Source: Nanohaloarchaea archaeon B1-Br10_U2g21
Lineage (GTDB): Archaea > Nanohalarchaeota > Nanosalinia > Nanosalinales > Nanosalinaceae
Assembly: GCA_001563915.1 (NCBI GenBank)
Contig: LKMP01000001.1
Span: forward strand, 1 to 64,000
Length of the DNA: 64,000 nt
Direction of reading: 5' to 3'
Shown: piece after piece, positions 37,657-46,424 of the stretch
How the letters are laid out: the number at the start of each line of letters is the position of its first letter
How positions within the stretch are numbered: position 1 is the stretch's first letter
Translations under genes and position numbers: made by a program
The notes under the pieces: generated by a model
The model's database searches: none
Seen by the model: the letters and a program-made list of their open reading frames with translations, nothing else
Told to the model about the DNA's origin: nothing

Positions 37657-37714
37657 ACCTATCAGTTTATACTGTCAAAGCTTAAAAATAGATGCCCAAA
37701 AATGGCAAAAATTA

Positions 37715-38383
37715 TTAGTCGGGACAAGGTCTATACTCATCAATGCTTAACGGTGACCCTTCTAGACCTACTAAATCCATAGCTATGAGTTTAACTGCTC
37801 CCACTTTTGGAATTCTAAACACTACTTGGCCATGTATCTGTTCTGGCCTGATTTCCTCCTCAAAATCAAGCTGCTCAGGATTAGCATCTCCTTTAGTAGC
37901 AATACTGTCGTTTCGTTTTTCTATCACTCGATGAACTACAGGAATAGATAGTCCTGAGACATCATTAACTCTAAAGCTTTGATCTCCGGAACTATATTCT
38001 CCGCCCTCTACTACGTCAACGTTACTGCGATCTATTCTAAACCGTGCAGACTGGTCCTCTACATAGGTTACATGAACATTTCCTAAAGAAGTTTCTACAG
38101 GCTCTTCTCCGAGATCATATGTATTGCCATCAACCTCAATTTCGGCTTCCATTGGAACTTGATATATAACAACCTGGCCTTCTTCAACACTGTCAAAATC
38201 TACTCCTCGAACCATAAGAATATCTCCACGATCCATTTCAGGATACATAGAACACGAAACAACAGAAACAACCGGTTTTTCTGTTGACAATGCTGTGCCT
38301 GTAGTCTGAAGTATTCCAAATGCTAATAACAATGCCAAACTGATAAAGTAGATTTCCTTACCAATAACTGAGTCGCTGTTCAT
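37715..38383 (-). CDS. sec11: Signal peptidase I (Sec11 type)
   Basis: VVSCSMYP..RGD, PVVHRVI and TKGDAN; there is an insertion between the boxes. Confidence 0.9.
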   Translation of the reverse strand: MNSDSVIGKEIYFISLALLLAFGILQTTGTALSTEKPVVSVVSCSMYPEMDRGDILMVRGVDFDSVEEGQVVIYQVPMEAEIEVDGNTYDLGEEPVETSLGNVHVTYVEDQSARFRIDRSNVDVVEGGEYSSGDQSFRVNDVSGLSIPVVHRVIEKRNDSIATKGDANPEQLDFEEEIRPEQIHGQVVFRIPKVGAVKLIAMDLVGLEGSPLSIDEYRPCPD

Positions 38384-38922
38384 TTAGAGATCACACCATT
38401 ATTTGTTAGCGCGCTCCCTATTATATCTGCGGCTCTTATACATTCAGGTACATTACCTTGTAAAGTGGATTTGTTTACTATATCCAATGCCTCTTTCCTA
38501 TCGCAACCAGAGAACTGAACGAAACATCTTCCTGTCGAGAGTTTGAACTTTGATACTGTAGGCAAGTTCTCAAAGGACTGAGAACTGGTCCCTGTCTTTT
38601 CAAGAGCATCAGAAAAACTTTTAGGATCGGGTTCATTTGATGTAACTGCTATTACCGGCCTATCTATTTTTTCAGAAACTTTTTCAATATTCACTATATT
38701 AAATCCTGAGAAGCTAATTCCATCGATGAGTACGGCTTCTATGTAGGCTTGAAATTTGCCATATAACTCTATAACTTTTTGCGTGCCCTCTCCTTGATCA
38801 GGCTCCGCCTCTATTATTTCTACTGACTCTATAAACTCAGTACCTCTGTAAAGTACTCCTACAAGTCTTTCTAGCTCTATAGGAGCATCGTCTATACCTA
38901 GAACTCTAGAACCTTCTTTCAT
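38380..38922 (-). CDS. DUF99 / endonuclease V-like protein
   Basis: RVLGIDD, LIDGISFSGFNIV and VPECIRAADII. Confidence 0.88.
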   Translation of the reverse strand: MKEGSRVLGIDDAPIELERLVGVLYRGTEFIESVEIIEAEPDQGEGTQKVIELYGKFQAYIEAVLIDGISFSGFNIVNIEKVSEKIDRPVIAVTSNEPDPKSFSDALEKTGTSSQSFENLPTVSKFKLSTGRCFVQFSGCDRKEALDIVNKSTLQGNVPECIRAADIIGSALTNNGVISK

Positions 38923-39161
38923 AAATCAGATTCTAGTTCTTCAAGCCATTCTCTGACGGTGTCTACTGCGTCCTGAAGAACCTGTTCGGGGTCGTCAGAG
39001 TCAATAATCAAAATGGATTCGTCTCCTAGCGGATGACCTTTATCATATCCAGATTCTCCGCCGTTTTCCCATACAGCTTTTCTCAGTAGGTTTGCCAATG
39101 CGTGATTCTGCTCCATGTCAACGAGCAGTCGTCCTTCTTTTTCCATTACGTCGAGATCCAT
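38919..39161 (-). CDS. rpoL: RNA polymerase subunit L (Rpo11)
   Basis: HALANLLR, GYDKGHPL and DPEQVL; typical neighbourhood. Confidence 0.88.
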   Translation of the reverse strand: MDLDVMEKEGRLLVDMEQNHALANLLRKAVWENGGESGYDKGHPLGDESILIIDSDDPEQVLQDAVDTVREWLEELESDL

Positions 39162-39748
39162 TATTTTTTCCTCCTTGTAACATAAAGATCCACAGGAGTG
39201 CTTTTTGACTCCTCAGTGTGGAATTCATAGCTCGCAGGAAGCCCGATTTTATAGGCTTCACGCGCTATTAACTCATGATTATATTCGTCACACAAACGTT
39301 TTAAACGTGTACTGAACCCTTTCCCGGCCAATCCGTAGACGTTGTCACCGATTTCGAGCGCCTTTCTCCAGAATTTCAGGCCTTCGTCACTCTGAACATT
39401 GAATGGAGGATTCATAACTACGGCATCGAACTTTCCATTAAATGATGTTACATCTTTCCTCACGAAATTTGGAGATGCTCCAACTTTTGCAGCATTTTCT
39501 TCGGCTGTTGATAATGCATCTCGGTCTACTTCTACGGCAGTTACGTCCATGTTTAACAGGTCTGCCCCTATAGCTAATATTCCTGTTCCGGTTCCAAGAT
39601 CAACTACTGTTTTGTGTCCTTGCATGTAGCAAGTGTAGACTATATCTGCTGCGAGTTCGGCAGGAGTAAGGTACTGTTCAAGTTCTATTCTTGAGTTCTC
39701 AAACCCCTTGAGTTCTGATAGTTTTTGCTTTACAGCGGTTTTGTTCAT
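39161..39748 (-). CDS. METTL5-like RNA methyltransferase
   Basis: LEQYLTP, VVDLGTGTGILAIG, VMNPPF and YEFH. Confidence 0.92.
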   Translation of the reverse strand: MNKTAVKQKLSELKGFENSRIELEQYLTPAELAADIVYTCYMQGHKTVVDLGTGTGILAIGADLLNMDVTAVEVDRDALSTAEENAAKVGASPNFVRKDVTSFNGKFDAVVMNPPFNVQSDEGLKFWRKALEIGDNVYGLAGKGFSTRLKRLCDEYNHELIAREAYKIGLPASYEFHTEESKSTPVDLYVTRRKK

Positions 39749-39802
39749 TTCGGTGGAACGCGTTGTTGAATGTTTTAAAGTTTATTGTCTATTAGTGACG
39801 GC

Positions 39803-41413
39803 ATGTCCTTGGAAGATAAACCGAAGGAAGAACTTATAGAGCAGTTGGAAAACCACGTGGTCTTTTTCGAGCCTCAGAGAGAAATAATACTTTCAAATCC
39901 TGATGCGGGAACGTTGAACGAAGTATCGTCGCTAGCACATATGGAGACTTCTTCGGGAGAGCATTACAAGTTCCAAGTTCGGGAAATGGATATATGGAAC
40001 TCTGATATGTCATTAGAAGAGATAAAAGAAGTATATACTAGAGTGCTTGGTAATTATCCAATTTTTCTTGAGTGGTTAGAAAGAACATACAAAAAACAGC
40101 AAGTATTCTCTATAGAGAACAAAGGTCATTACCACATCCTGAAATCTGAAGATGATGAAAGGATGGAGTGGGCTCGTAGTATAGATAAGGTCAGGCAGAA
40201 TCTGGCAGTAGATCTTTCCGACTCCGCTTCAAGAATTGCAATGGGTTCAAAGTCTCGCGCAGAAATCAAAGAGGCATTAGTCAGAAAAGGATACCCAGTA
40301 CAAGACAATTCTAAGTTTAGAGAAGTCGAAAAAAATATTGGGGCAGACCTACAAGGAATAGAACTCAGAGACTATCAAAAGGAATATGTGGATAAGGCCT
40401 ACAGCGAAAAAGCAGCTGTACTAGCAAATCCTGCAGGATCTGGAAAAACTGTTACAAGTATTGGATTAATGTGTGAAATCGATTCTCCAACATTGATACT
40501 TGTGCCGCAACGTAATCTAGTAAACCAGTGGAAGCGAGAGATACTTGATAAGACAACTATTACGGAGGATCAGATTGGAGAGTATCACGGTGAAGAAAAA
40601 GAGATGGGTGATGTAACAATCGCAACATATCATATTGCAGGAGGAAAAACTTCGCTTTTCAGAAAAGATTGGGGGCTTATTATTTTCGACGAAGTGCATC
40701 ACATACCTTCAAAGCTATTCAGGAAAACTGCGTCCCTACAGTCTACTAGGAGGCTAGGACTATCTGCATCGCCTGTTAGAGAGGACGCTAAAGAGAGAGA
40801 AATATTTGCTCTTATTGGTAGAGAGATTGGTGCAGACTGGGCTCGTTTCTTTAGTGAAGGTCATGTAGTCAAACCTGATGTCGAAATCAGAATGGTTGAA
40901 TGGGCGTCAGACTTCTATAGGCATAAGTACGATGAAGCATCAGGGATCAAAAAGGCTATCATAGCCTCAAAGAACCCTGCGAAAAAGCAAGTATTGGAAG
41001 ACTTGTTGGAAGAATACAATGGCAAGAAGACCTTAGTTTTCTGTGACTGGATTGATCAGGGAGAAGAACTATCAGAAGAGTATGATATTCCATTTATTTC
41101 TGGTGAAACTGACTATGATGAAAGGGAAGAATTTTTTGAGGAATTCCGTACAGGTGACCTGAACAAAATGATTATCTCCCGTATTGGAGATGAAGGCTTA
41201 GACCTTCCTAACGCAGAAGTAGGAATTGTGATGAGCGGGCAAGGAGGTTCTCGAAGGCAGGCTACGCAGAGGGCAGGCCGAGTAATGAGGCCTTTCGGAG
41301 ACGCACAAGTTTACATGGTTGCGACAAAGGCAAGTAATGAGGAAGATTTCGTAAAGAGGCAGGTGGAGTTACTGAAAGAAAAAGGAGTACCTGTAAAGGT
41401 TAGCGAACATTGA
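39803..41413 (+). CDS. xpb: XPB/Rad25-type SF2 helicase
   Basis: LRDYQ, PAGSGKT, IFDEVHH, GLSASPVRED, DEGLDLP and QRAGRVMR. Confidence 0.9.
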   Translation: MSLEDKPKEELIEQLENHVVFFEPQREIILSNPDAGTLNEVSSLAHMETSSGEHYKFQVREMDIWNSDMSLEEIKEVYTRVLGNYPIFLEWLERTYKKQQVFSIENKGHYHILKSEDDERMEWARSIDKVRQNLAVDLSDSASRIAMGSKSRAEIKEALVRKGYPVQDNSKFREVEKNIGADLQGIELRDYQKEYVDKAYSEKAAVLANPAGSGKTVTSIGLMCEIDSPTLILVPQRNLVNQWKREILDKTTITEDQIGEYHGEEKEMGDVTIATYHIAGGKTSLFRKDWGLIIFDEVHHIPSKLFRKTASLQSTRRLGLSASPVREDAKEREIFALIGREIGADWARFFSEGHVVKPDVEIRMVEWASDFYRHKYDEASGIKKAIIASKNPAKKQVLEDLLEEYNGKKTLVFCDWIDQGEELSEEYDIPFISGETDYDEREEFFEEFRTGDLNKMIISRIGDEGLDLPNAEVGIVMSGQGGSRRQATQRAGRVMRPFGDAQVYMVATKASNEEDFVKRQVELLKEKGVPVKVSEH

Positions 41414-41600
41414 GGGGAAATAGAGAGACTTTTGGATATTTCTCTCCATTGAAGATGTGCGAAGGGAGAAAAACCCACTCTTCCTTCCATTTGGCTTTAA
41501 CTCGGGTAGATAGTGGCTTTGCAGTTATGCGGTCAGAAACTAATTAAAGGAGTAACTAACTAGAAAATCAAGAAAGAAAAGAGAAATAGAAAAAGTTTTT

Positions 41601-42134
41601 TTACTCAAAGTTTTCCGAGTAAAGCTCCTGTGACTTTTCAATTGCTTCGAAAGCCTCTTCTTTTCCGCCCCATCCTTCGATTACTACTTCTTTTTTAGGT
41701 TCGAGATTCTTGTAAGTCTTGAAAAACTCGCTAATTTCTTTCTTTTGATGCTTGTTTACATCTTCGAGATCTTCAACTTTTGCCCATCTAGGATCTTCTG
41801 TAGGTACAGCGATGACATTGTCGTCTTGTTCTCCGCCATCGTCCATGTAAAGAATTCCTATAGGTCTGACTTCTAGAACGCATCCTGGGAAAGTCGGGTG
41901 TGTTGTAAGAACTAATATGTCCATAGGGTCTTCGTCTTCGTAGTAAGCCTGAGGAATAAATCCGTAGTCTCCCGGATAGTTGATAGAAGAGTAAAGTACT
42001 CGATCAAGTACAACGGATTCAAGATCTTTGTCATATTCGTATTTGTTCTGTGTTCCCTGAGGGTTTTCAATTACAGCATAGATTTTTTCAGGAGGGTTAG
42101 GCCCTGTATCGTAATCGTGCCACTTATTAACCAT
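41601..42134 (-). CDS. ppa: Inorganic pyrophosphatase (family I)
   Basis: NKYEYD, LDRVL, YPGDYGFIP, DEDPMDIL and FFKTYK. Confidence 0.96.
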   Translation of the reverse strand: MVNKWHDYDTGPNPPEKIYAVIENPQGTQNKYEYDKDLESVVLDRVLYSSINYPGDYGFIPQAYYEDEDPMDILVLTTHPTFPGCVLEVRPIGILYMDDGGEQDDNVIAVPTEDPRWAKVEDLEDVNKHQKKEISEFFKTYKNLEPKKEVVIEGWGGKEEAFEAIEKSQELYSENFE

Positions 42135-42229
42135 TGTTATTCAATTAACTATTCGAGCCGAGAATTTTTTATGTCCTTTGCGAAGGCTTTTCTACTGCAG
42201 TGAACCATTGAATGTGTTCTTCCAAGACT

Positions 42230-43207
42230 TTAGTTGTCTTTAAGAATAAAAGGACCCATAGCCAGAGTTCGTTTAGCTACAGTCGATATTCTTAGAAGGA
42301 AAGCTATGAATATAACAAATGGAGCTATTCCAATAGTAAAGCCTGCACTGGTGAGCAGTACTAGGTTATCAAGACCTAGAGTAGTTCCCGTAATCACGTT
42401 AGTATTGATATGTATTAGTAATGCTCCTATTACCATCAGAGAAAGAACAGATGCATACATGAGTGTTCTAGAGAGCTTAATTAATTCCCATTGAAAGTAT
42501 AAAGTCTTAAAATGTTCTCTTGTAGGACCGAAAAAAGTTAGCAGATCAAGTAGTTGGTCGATTGTTTCATTTTTATCTTTTGAAAGTTCTGTGTTGTAAT
42601 CTGCCTGTATTTGGCGTAGCTGGTTTATCTTCTCAGAATAATTGAAGTTTAGAGCAGCCCAAATAACCTGGAAGGTGCCGAACTGAGAACCTTCTAGTTT
42701 TCTGTTGACAAGCTGCGCGTTTTCAATTAAAGATGTAGTGTAGTCTTCAATTTCGTTTTTTAACTTCGTCGACTCTTGATTAGTAGTAGAGTTCAATATT
42801 TTTGCTTGTTCTTCAATCTCTTGAACTAGTTCAAGAATAAATGCAGAAGGTTCGGGAGAAGAAATCTTTTTGTCAAGATATTTTTCAACTTCCTGGCGGA
42901 AATCCATAGAGTTCTGCATACGCGACTGCTGTTTTCCTACTGCCCCAAGCTCTTGAGATAGCACCAGCTGGTTGATAGTTACAACTATTGATGTTCCTGT
43001 GATAATTGCGCCGATAAACGCTGAGAATATGAAATGAAGGCCTCCCTGGTTTTCAACTATGGATCTCAATGGAGAAGATTCTAGATAACTTAGTGAAACA
43101 AGTATTGTAAACACTATGGAAAGTATAACGCCTACTAGGATCCAGCGATTCATTGTGAGGAGAATTTTAGTGCTCAATGTTGAGGAGAATGAATCATTAA
43201 CTTCCAT
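42230..43207 (-). CDS. Conserved membrane protein, haloarchaeal type
   Basis: Four TM helices; VTINQLVLSQELG, REHFKTLYFQWEL and TVAKRTLAMGPFIL. Confidence 0.8.
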   Translation of the reverse strand: MEVNDSFSSTLSTKILLTMNRWILVGVILSIVFTILVSLSYLESSPLRSIVENQGGLHFIFSAFIGAIITGTSIVVTINQLVLSQELGAVGKQQSRMQNSMDFRQEVEKYLDKKISSPEPSAFILELVQEIEEQAKILNSTTNQESTKLKNEIEDYTTSLIENAQLVNRKLEGSQFGTFQVIWAALNFNYSEKINQLRQIQADYNTELSKDKNETIDQLLDLLTFFGPTREHFKTLYFQWELIKLSRTLMYASVLSLMVIGALLIHINTNVITGTTLGLDNLVLLTSAGFTIGIAPFVIFIAFLLRISTVAKRTLAMGPFILKDN

Positions 43208-43320
43208 TAAGAATATTTGGTTCTCTAAAGAAAAATAATTTTATTTCCTGCGTCACACGTGAAGTTTTTCTATAATAAAGAAAAAGAGGTTTTAACTTTC
43301 TGCTTAATGCACCATTTATA

Positions 43321-43470
43321 TTATTTATGCACTGTAGAAGAAAGCCTAATCATAGAAATGTCCTCCACTTGTCCGCAGTCGCTGCATACAACCTTCACCC
43401 AGTCCACGTTAGGTCTATCCACAGGGTTTACATGCAGATCGGAGCCACAGGATTTACAGTTTGGTGCCAC
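43321..43470 (-). CDS. Small CxxC/CPxCG-type zinc-finger protein
   Basis: From GTG 43470: MAPNCKSCGSDLHVNPVDRPNVDWVKVVCSDCGQVEDISMIRLSSTVHK. Confidence 0.65.
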   Translation of the reverse strand: MAPNCKSCGSDLHVNPVDRPNVDWVKVVCSDCGQVEDISMIRLSSTVHK

Positions 43471-43558
43471 GGTAAAACAACTCGCAAATCTATTGGATGC
43501 TGATGTATTTAAGGATAACCAAACCAATCAAAAAATACGGAGACAGGCCTTTAAACAT

Positions 43559-43632
43559 GGGTTCGTGGTCTAGTTGGTTATGACACCGCCTTGACATGGC
43601 GGAGATCCCCGGTTCGAATCCGGGCGAACCCA
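43559..43632 (+). tRNA. tRNA-Val(GAC)
   Basis: GGGTTCG...CCGCC-TTGACAT-GGCGG...GGTTCGAATCC...CGAACCCA. Confidence 0.96.
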
Positions 43633-43766
43633 TACCCCTGTGGAAAAAAGAAAAGCTAGTGTAAAAATACTAAGGAATAATATCTTTGTCGATAAAAACA
43701 GGGAAAAAGAAGCGTGATATACCTTGCTTCTAAAAACGTTAGTCACTCAAACAATAATACTGAATA

Positions 43767-43910
43767 GGGAAAGTAGCTCAGGGGTTAGAGCGCTGCGCTC
43801 ATAACAATGATTATGAGCAATGAGGAGGTCTAAAAGCCTTCGATGATTAAAGTTCGTATCGCTTTATGTGAGATACGCAGAGGTCCCGGGTTCGATTCCC
43901 GGCTTTCCCA
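43767..43910 (+). tRNA. tRNA with CAT anticodon (probably elongator Met), 71-nt intron at 37/38 (43804-43874)
   Basis: GGGAAAG/CTTTCCC-A acceptor stem, CTGCG-CTCATA^A-CGCAG anticodon arm, and a bulge-helix-bulge with CTCA/TGAG central helix. Confidence 0.92.
43804..43874 (+). ncRNA. Putative intron-encoded box C/D guide RNA
   Basis: ATGATTA boxes (43807, 43843), ATGA D' box (43820), and TTATGAGC antisense to the host anticodon loop. Confidence 0.6.
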
Positions 43911-43992
43911 TTAATTTTCTGAAAGTATGTATTATAGTGAGCGTGTTCTTGCTTGAATAAACTTAGACTAGAAAAGAGAAGATAAGGGAGGC

Positions 43993-44130
43993 CTATAAGG
44001 CCTCTGCTTCTGCGATGCAGCTGTTATGGCAGTAGCCTTCAGTTGATTCAAGGTACTGATCGCTTGTGAATACTCTGTTGCCACATATGACGCAGATTCC
44101 AAGCTTGTTTGGATAATGTATCCTTTCCAT
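43993..44130 (-). CDS. 45-aa Cys/His zinc-binding microprotein
   Basis: Hand translation MERIHYPNKLGICVICGNRVFTSDQYLESTEGYCHNSCIAEAEAL; GGGAGGGGG SD-like element upstream. Confidence 0.65.
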   Translation of the reverse strand: MERIHYPNKLGICVICGNRVFTSDQYLESTEGYCHNSCIAEAEAL

Positions 44131-44236
44131 TCTTCTAGCCCCCTCCCAAAGAAGCTGTTTAAGTAATCGGATATCTCTTATATAATCATCCTTATGCTGT
44201 AGTAGATGTTCAAGATTGCGATATTACTTTCTGGTA

Positions 44237-45904
44237 CTAGCGATGAGTAAAGAAGAAGACATCTTCTGAGTCCTTTCTAGCGAAACCAAAGCGTTCGAAC
44301 TGCACTATTTCCCCTATTTCAAGATTTCCAGGTTCAATAAGACCTTCATAACTTTTTCCGGAAGGCATCTTTATTTCAGCTCTCTCAGAACTTTTTGGAA
44401 CCCAATGGATAAACTCTGCATCGTTCTCCAAGGCTTCCTTGTGGTCACCAAGACTATATGAGGCTTCTCCGTCTTTAATCTCAATATTACACAGACCTTT
44501 CAAGCGGAAAAAACCGTCTTTAAAATCATCTTCCTCAATGAAGATGCTTAACTGTCCGTCCCGAATATTAATTTCAGGGTTTCTGTTCCCTCGCTCGGGG
44601 AATTCAGGATGCACTGGGATCTCTGGCTCTAGATTTTCTGGAACTTCGCTGATGTCTAATTTAACTGGTTTTTTCACATAGAAATGTCTATCGACTTTTT
44701 CATCGAGGGCTCGTGTATTGGCTTTTTCTAGGCCTTCAATTGAAGCCTCCACATCGTTCTCAGTAACTCCCATTTCGATGAAGAACTCTCTGATAGCTCC
44801 TGGTTGGAAGCCTCGACGTCTTAGCGCTCGAAGAGTACCACAGCGAGGATCATCCCACCCTGCCAAGTCACCTTTATCCATTAGTTCTGCTATAGTTGAA
44901 GTCGACATAGGAGCATCAAAACCTGATACTTCTACAGTTCCCCAGTACATGACTTCAGGATAAGACCATCCAAAGTAATCGTAAATATATTTTTGTCGCT
45001 CAGTTGAAGCTCTAAGATCTTTTCCTCTAACAATATGAGTCGTACCCATTAAATGATCTTCAATAGCTCCTTGAAAATCTAAAAGAGGCCATACACAATA
45101 TTTGTTACCCGTAATCGGATGATCGGCGTTTTTAATTATTCTAAATGCTACAAAATCTCTTACAGCAGGGTTTTTATGATCAAGATCGGTCTTAATCTTG
45201 AGAACTGCTTCTCCCTCATCTAACTCACCACGTTTCATCTGCTTCCAGAGATCCATGTTTTCTTCAACTCTCTGAGTTCTATATTCTGAAGCGGTTCCGT
45301 CGCGGCGATGATTTTGCATTTCCTCTTGACTTGCCTTTGAAACATAGGCTTCGCCCATCTCAATAAGTTCCTCAGCGTATCTAATATAAACATCAAAGTT
45401 CTTAGAACTGTATCTTACCTCATCTACTGTGTACCCAAGCCATTCGTAGTCTTCTTGGTACATTTCATACGCTTCTTCCAGAGATCTTTTCGTTACAGGA
45501 TCAGTATCATCATATCTTAGAATTAGCTTTCCATTATACTTATCTCGCAGTTCGCCGTTAACAGTCATTCCTCTTGCATGTCCAAGATGAGGAGGGCCAT
45601 TAGGGTTCGGGGCAAAGCGTAAAATCACATCTCCATTATCGGCGTCCTGCAAATCAGGGATTGGATCGTGTTCCTCCACTTCTTTTTCTTCAAACTCATA
45701 GTTCTTTACTTCTTTTTCTTGTTCTTCTAGACTTAACTGGTTCACCTGTCCACATATCTTGCCTGCTACCTTACCTACTTCTGCCTTGTCGGTAAACTCA
45801 CCTTCTGCGAAAATTTTCCCAATTACTGCTCCGGAATTACATTCTCCTTCATGTTCTACAGCGTTTTTCAATGCATACTTTCTAGCGAGTTCTTCAAGAT
45901 TCAT
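44237..45904 (-). CDS. gltX: Glutamate--tRNA ligase (non-discriminating)
   Basis: LRFAPNPNGPPHLGH, RYDDTDP, GWDDPR.GTL and VQFERFGF. Confidence 0.96.
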   Translation of the reverse strand: MNLEELARKYALKNAVEHEGECNSGAVIGKIFAEGEFTDKAEVGKVAGKICGQVNQLSLEEQEKEVKNYEFEEKEVEEHDPIPDLQDADNGDVILRFAPNPNGPPHLGHARGMTVNGELRDKYNGKLILRYDDTDPVTKRSLEEAYEMYQEDYEWLGYTVDEVRYSSKNFDVYIRYAEELIEMGEAYVSKASQEEMQNHRRDGTASEYRTQRVEENMDLWKQMKRGELDEGEAVLKIKTDLDHKNPAVRDFVAFRIIKNADHPITGNKYCVWPLLDFQGAIEDHLMGTTHIVRGKDLRASTERQKYIYDYFGWSYPEVMYWGTVEVSGFDAPMSTSTIAELMDKGDLAGWDDPRCGTLRALRRRGFQPGAIREFFIEMGVTENDVEASIEGLEKANTRALDEKVDRHFYVKKPVKLDISEVPENLEPEIPVHPEFPERGNRNPEINIRDGQLSIFIEEDDFKDGFFRLKGLCNIEIKDGEASYSLGDHKEALENDAEFIHWVPKSSERAEIKMPSGKSYEGLIEPGNLEIGEIVQFERFGFARKDSEDVFFFTHR

Positions 45905-45953
45905 AAGGAAATATTGACGAAAAATTTCTATAAAGCAATAGGTAAGCTAAATT

Positions 45954-46424
45954 ATGTCCTCTTACTGGTACCTATTTCTAGTTGCTTTAATTCCATTCAC
46001 TTACCCTACTGCGGAGATCGACAACGCAGAATTTACACTAGAAGCTGCTATTACAGAAGAAGAAAAACAAATAGGTCTAATGAATCGTACCTATCTGCCA
46101 GAAAGAAAAGGTATGATATTCATCTATGATGATGAAGATGAAAGAAGTTTTTGGATGAAAAATACAGAAATTCCGCTTGATATAATATTCTTAGACTCGG
46201 ATAGAAAAGTCATTAATATAGAAGAGGCTAATCCTCAGCCGAATGCTTCAAAGAATGAACTTGAAAGCTACAATAGTGAAAGACCTGCGCAGTATGTGTT
46301 AGAAATTAATCAGGGTCTTTCAGAGGAAAAAGAATTGAAAAAAGGAGATGAAATAGAGCTTGATTACTCTATTCGGATTGTTCGTCCGTTTTCTCCGATA
46401 AATACGTCCTCTTCAAGAGAGTAG
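45954..46424 (+). CDS. DUF192 family exported protein
   Basis: GLMNR..LP..GMIF, FWMKNTEIPLDIIF and YVLEIN.G. Confidence 0.92.
   Translation: MSSYWYLFLVALIPFTYPTAEIDNAEFTLEAAITEEEKQIGLMNRTYLPERKGMIFIYDDEDERSFWMKNTEIPLDIIFLDSDRKVINIEEANPQPNASKNELESYNSERPAQYVLEINQGLSEEKELKKGDEIELDYSIRIVRPFSPINTSSSRE

Noticed and set aside
41414-41600. Hairpins (GAAGGGA/TTCCTTC, GAGAGA/TCTCTC) between xpb and ppa
   Set aside because: Short, and adequately explained as a convergent termination region.
46364-46424. 61-nt convergent overlap of DUF192 and rnj
   Set aside because: Most simply a stop-codon shift in a compact genome; no sign of function.
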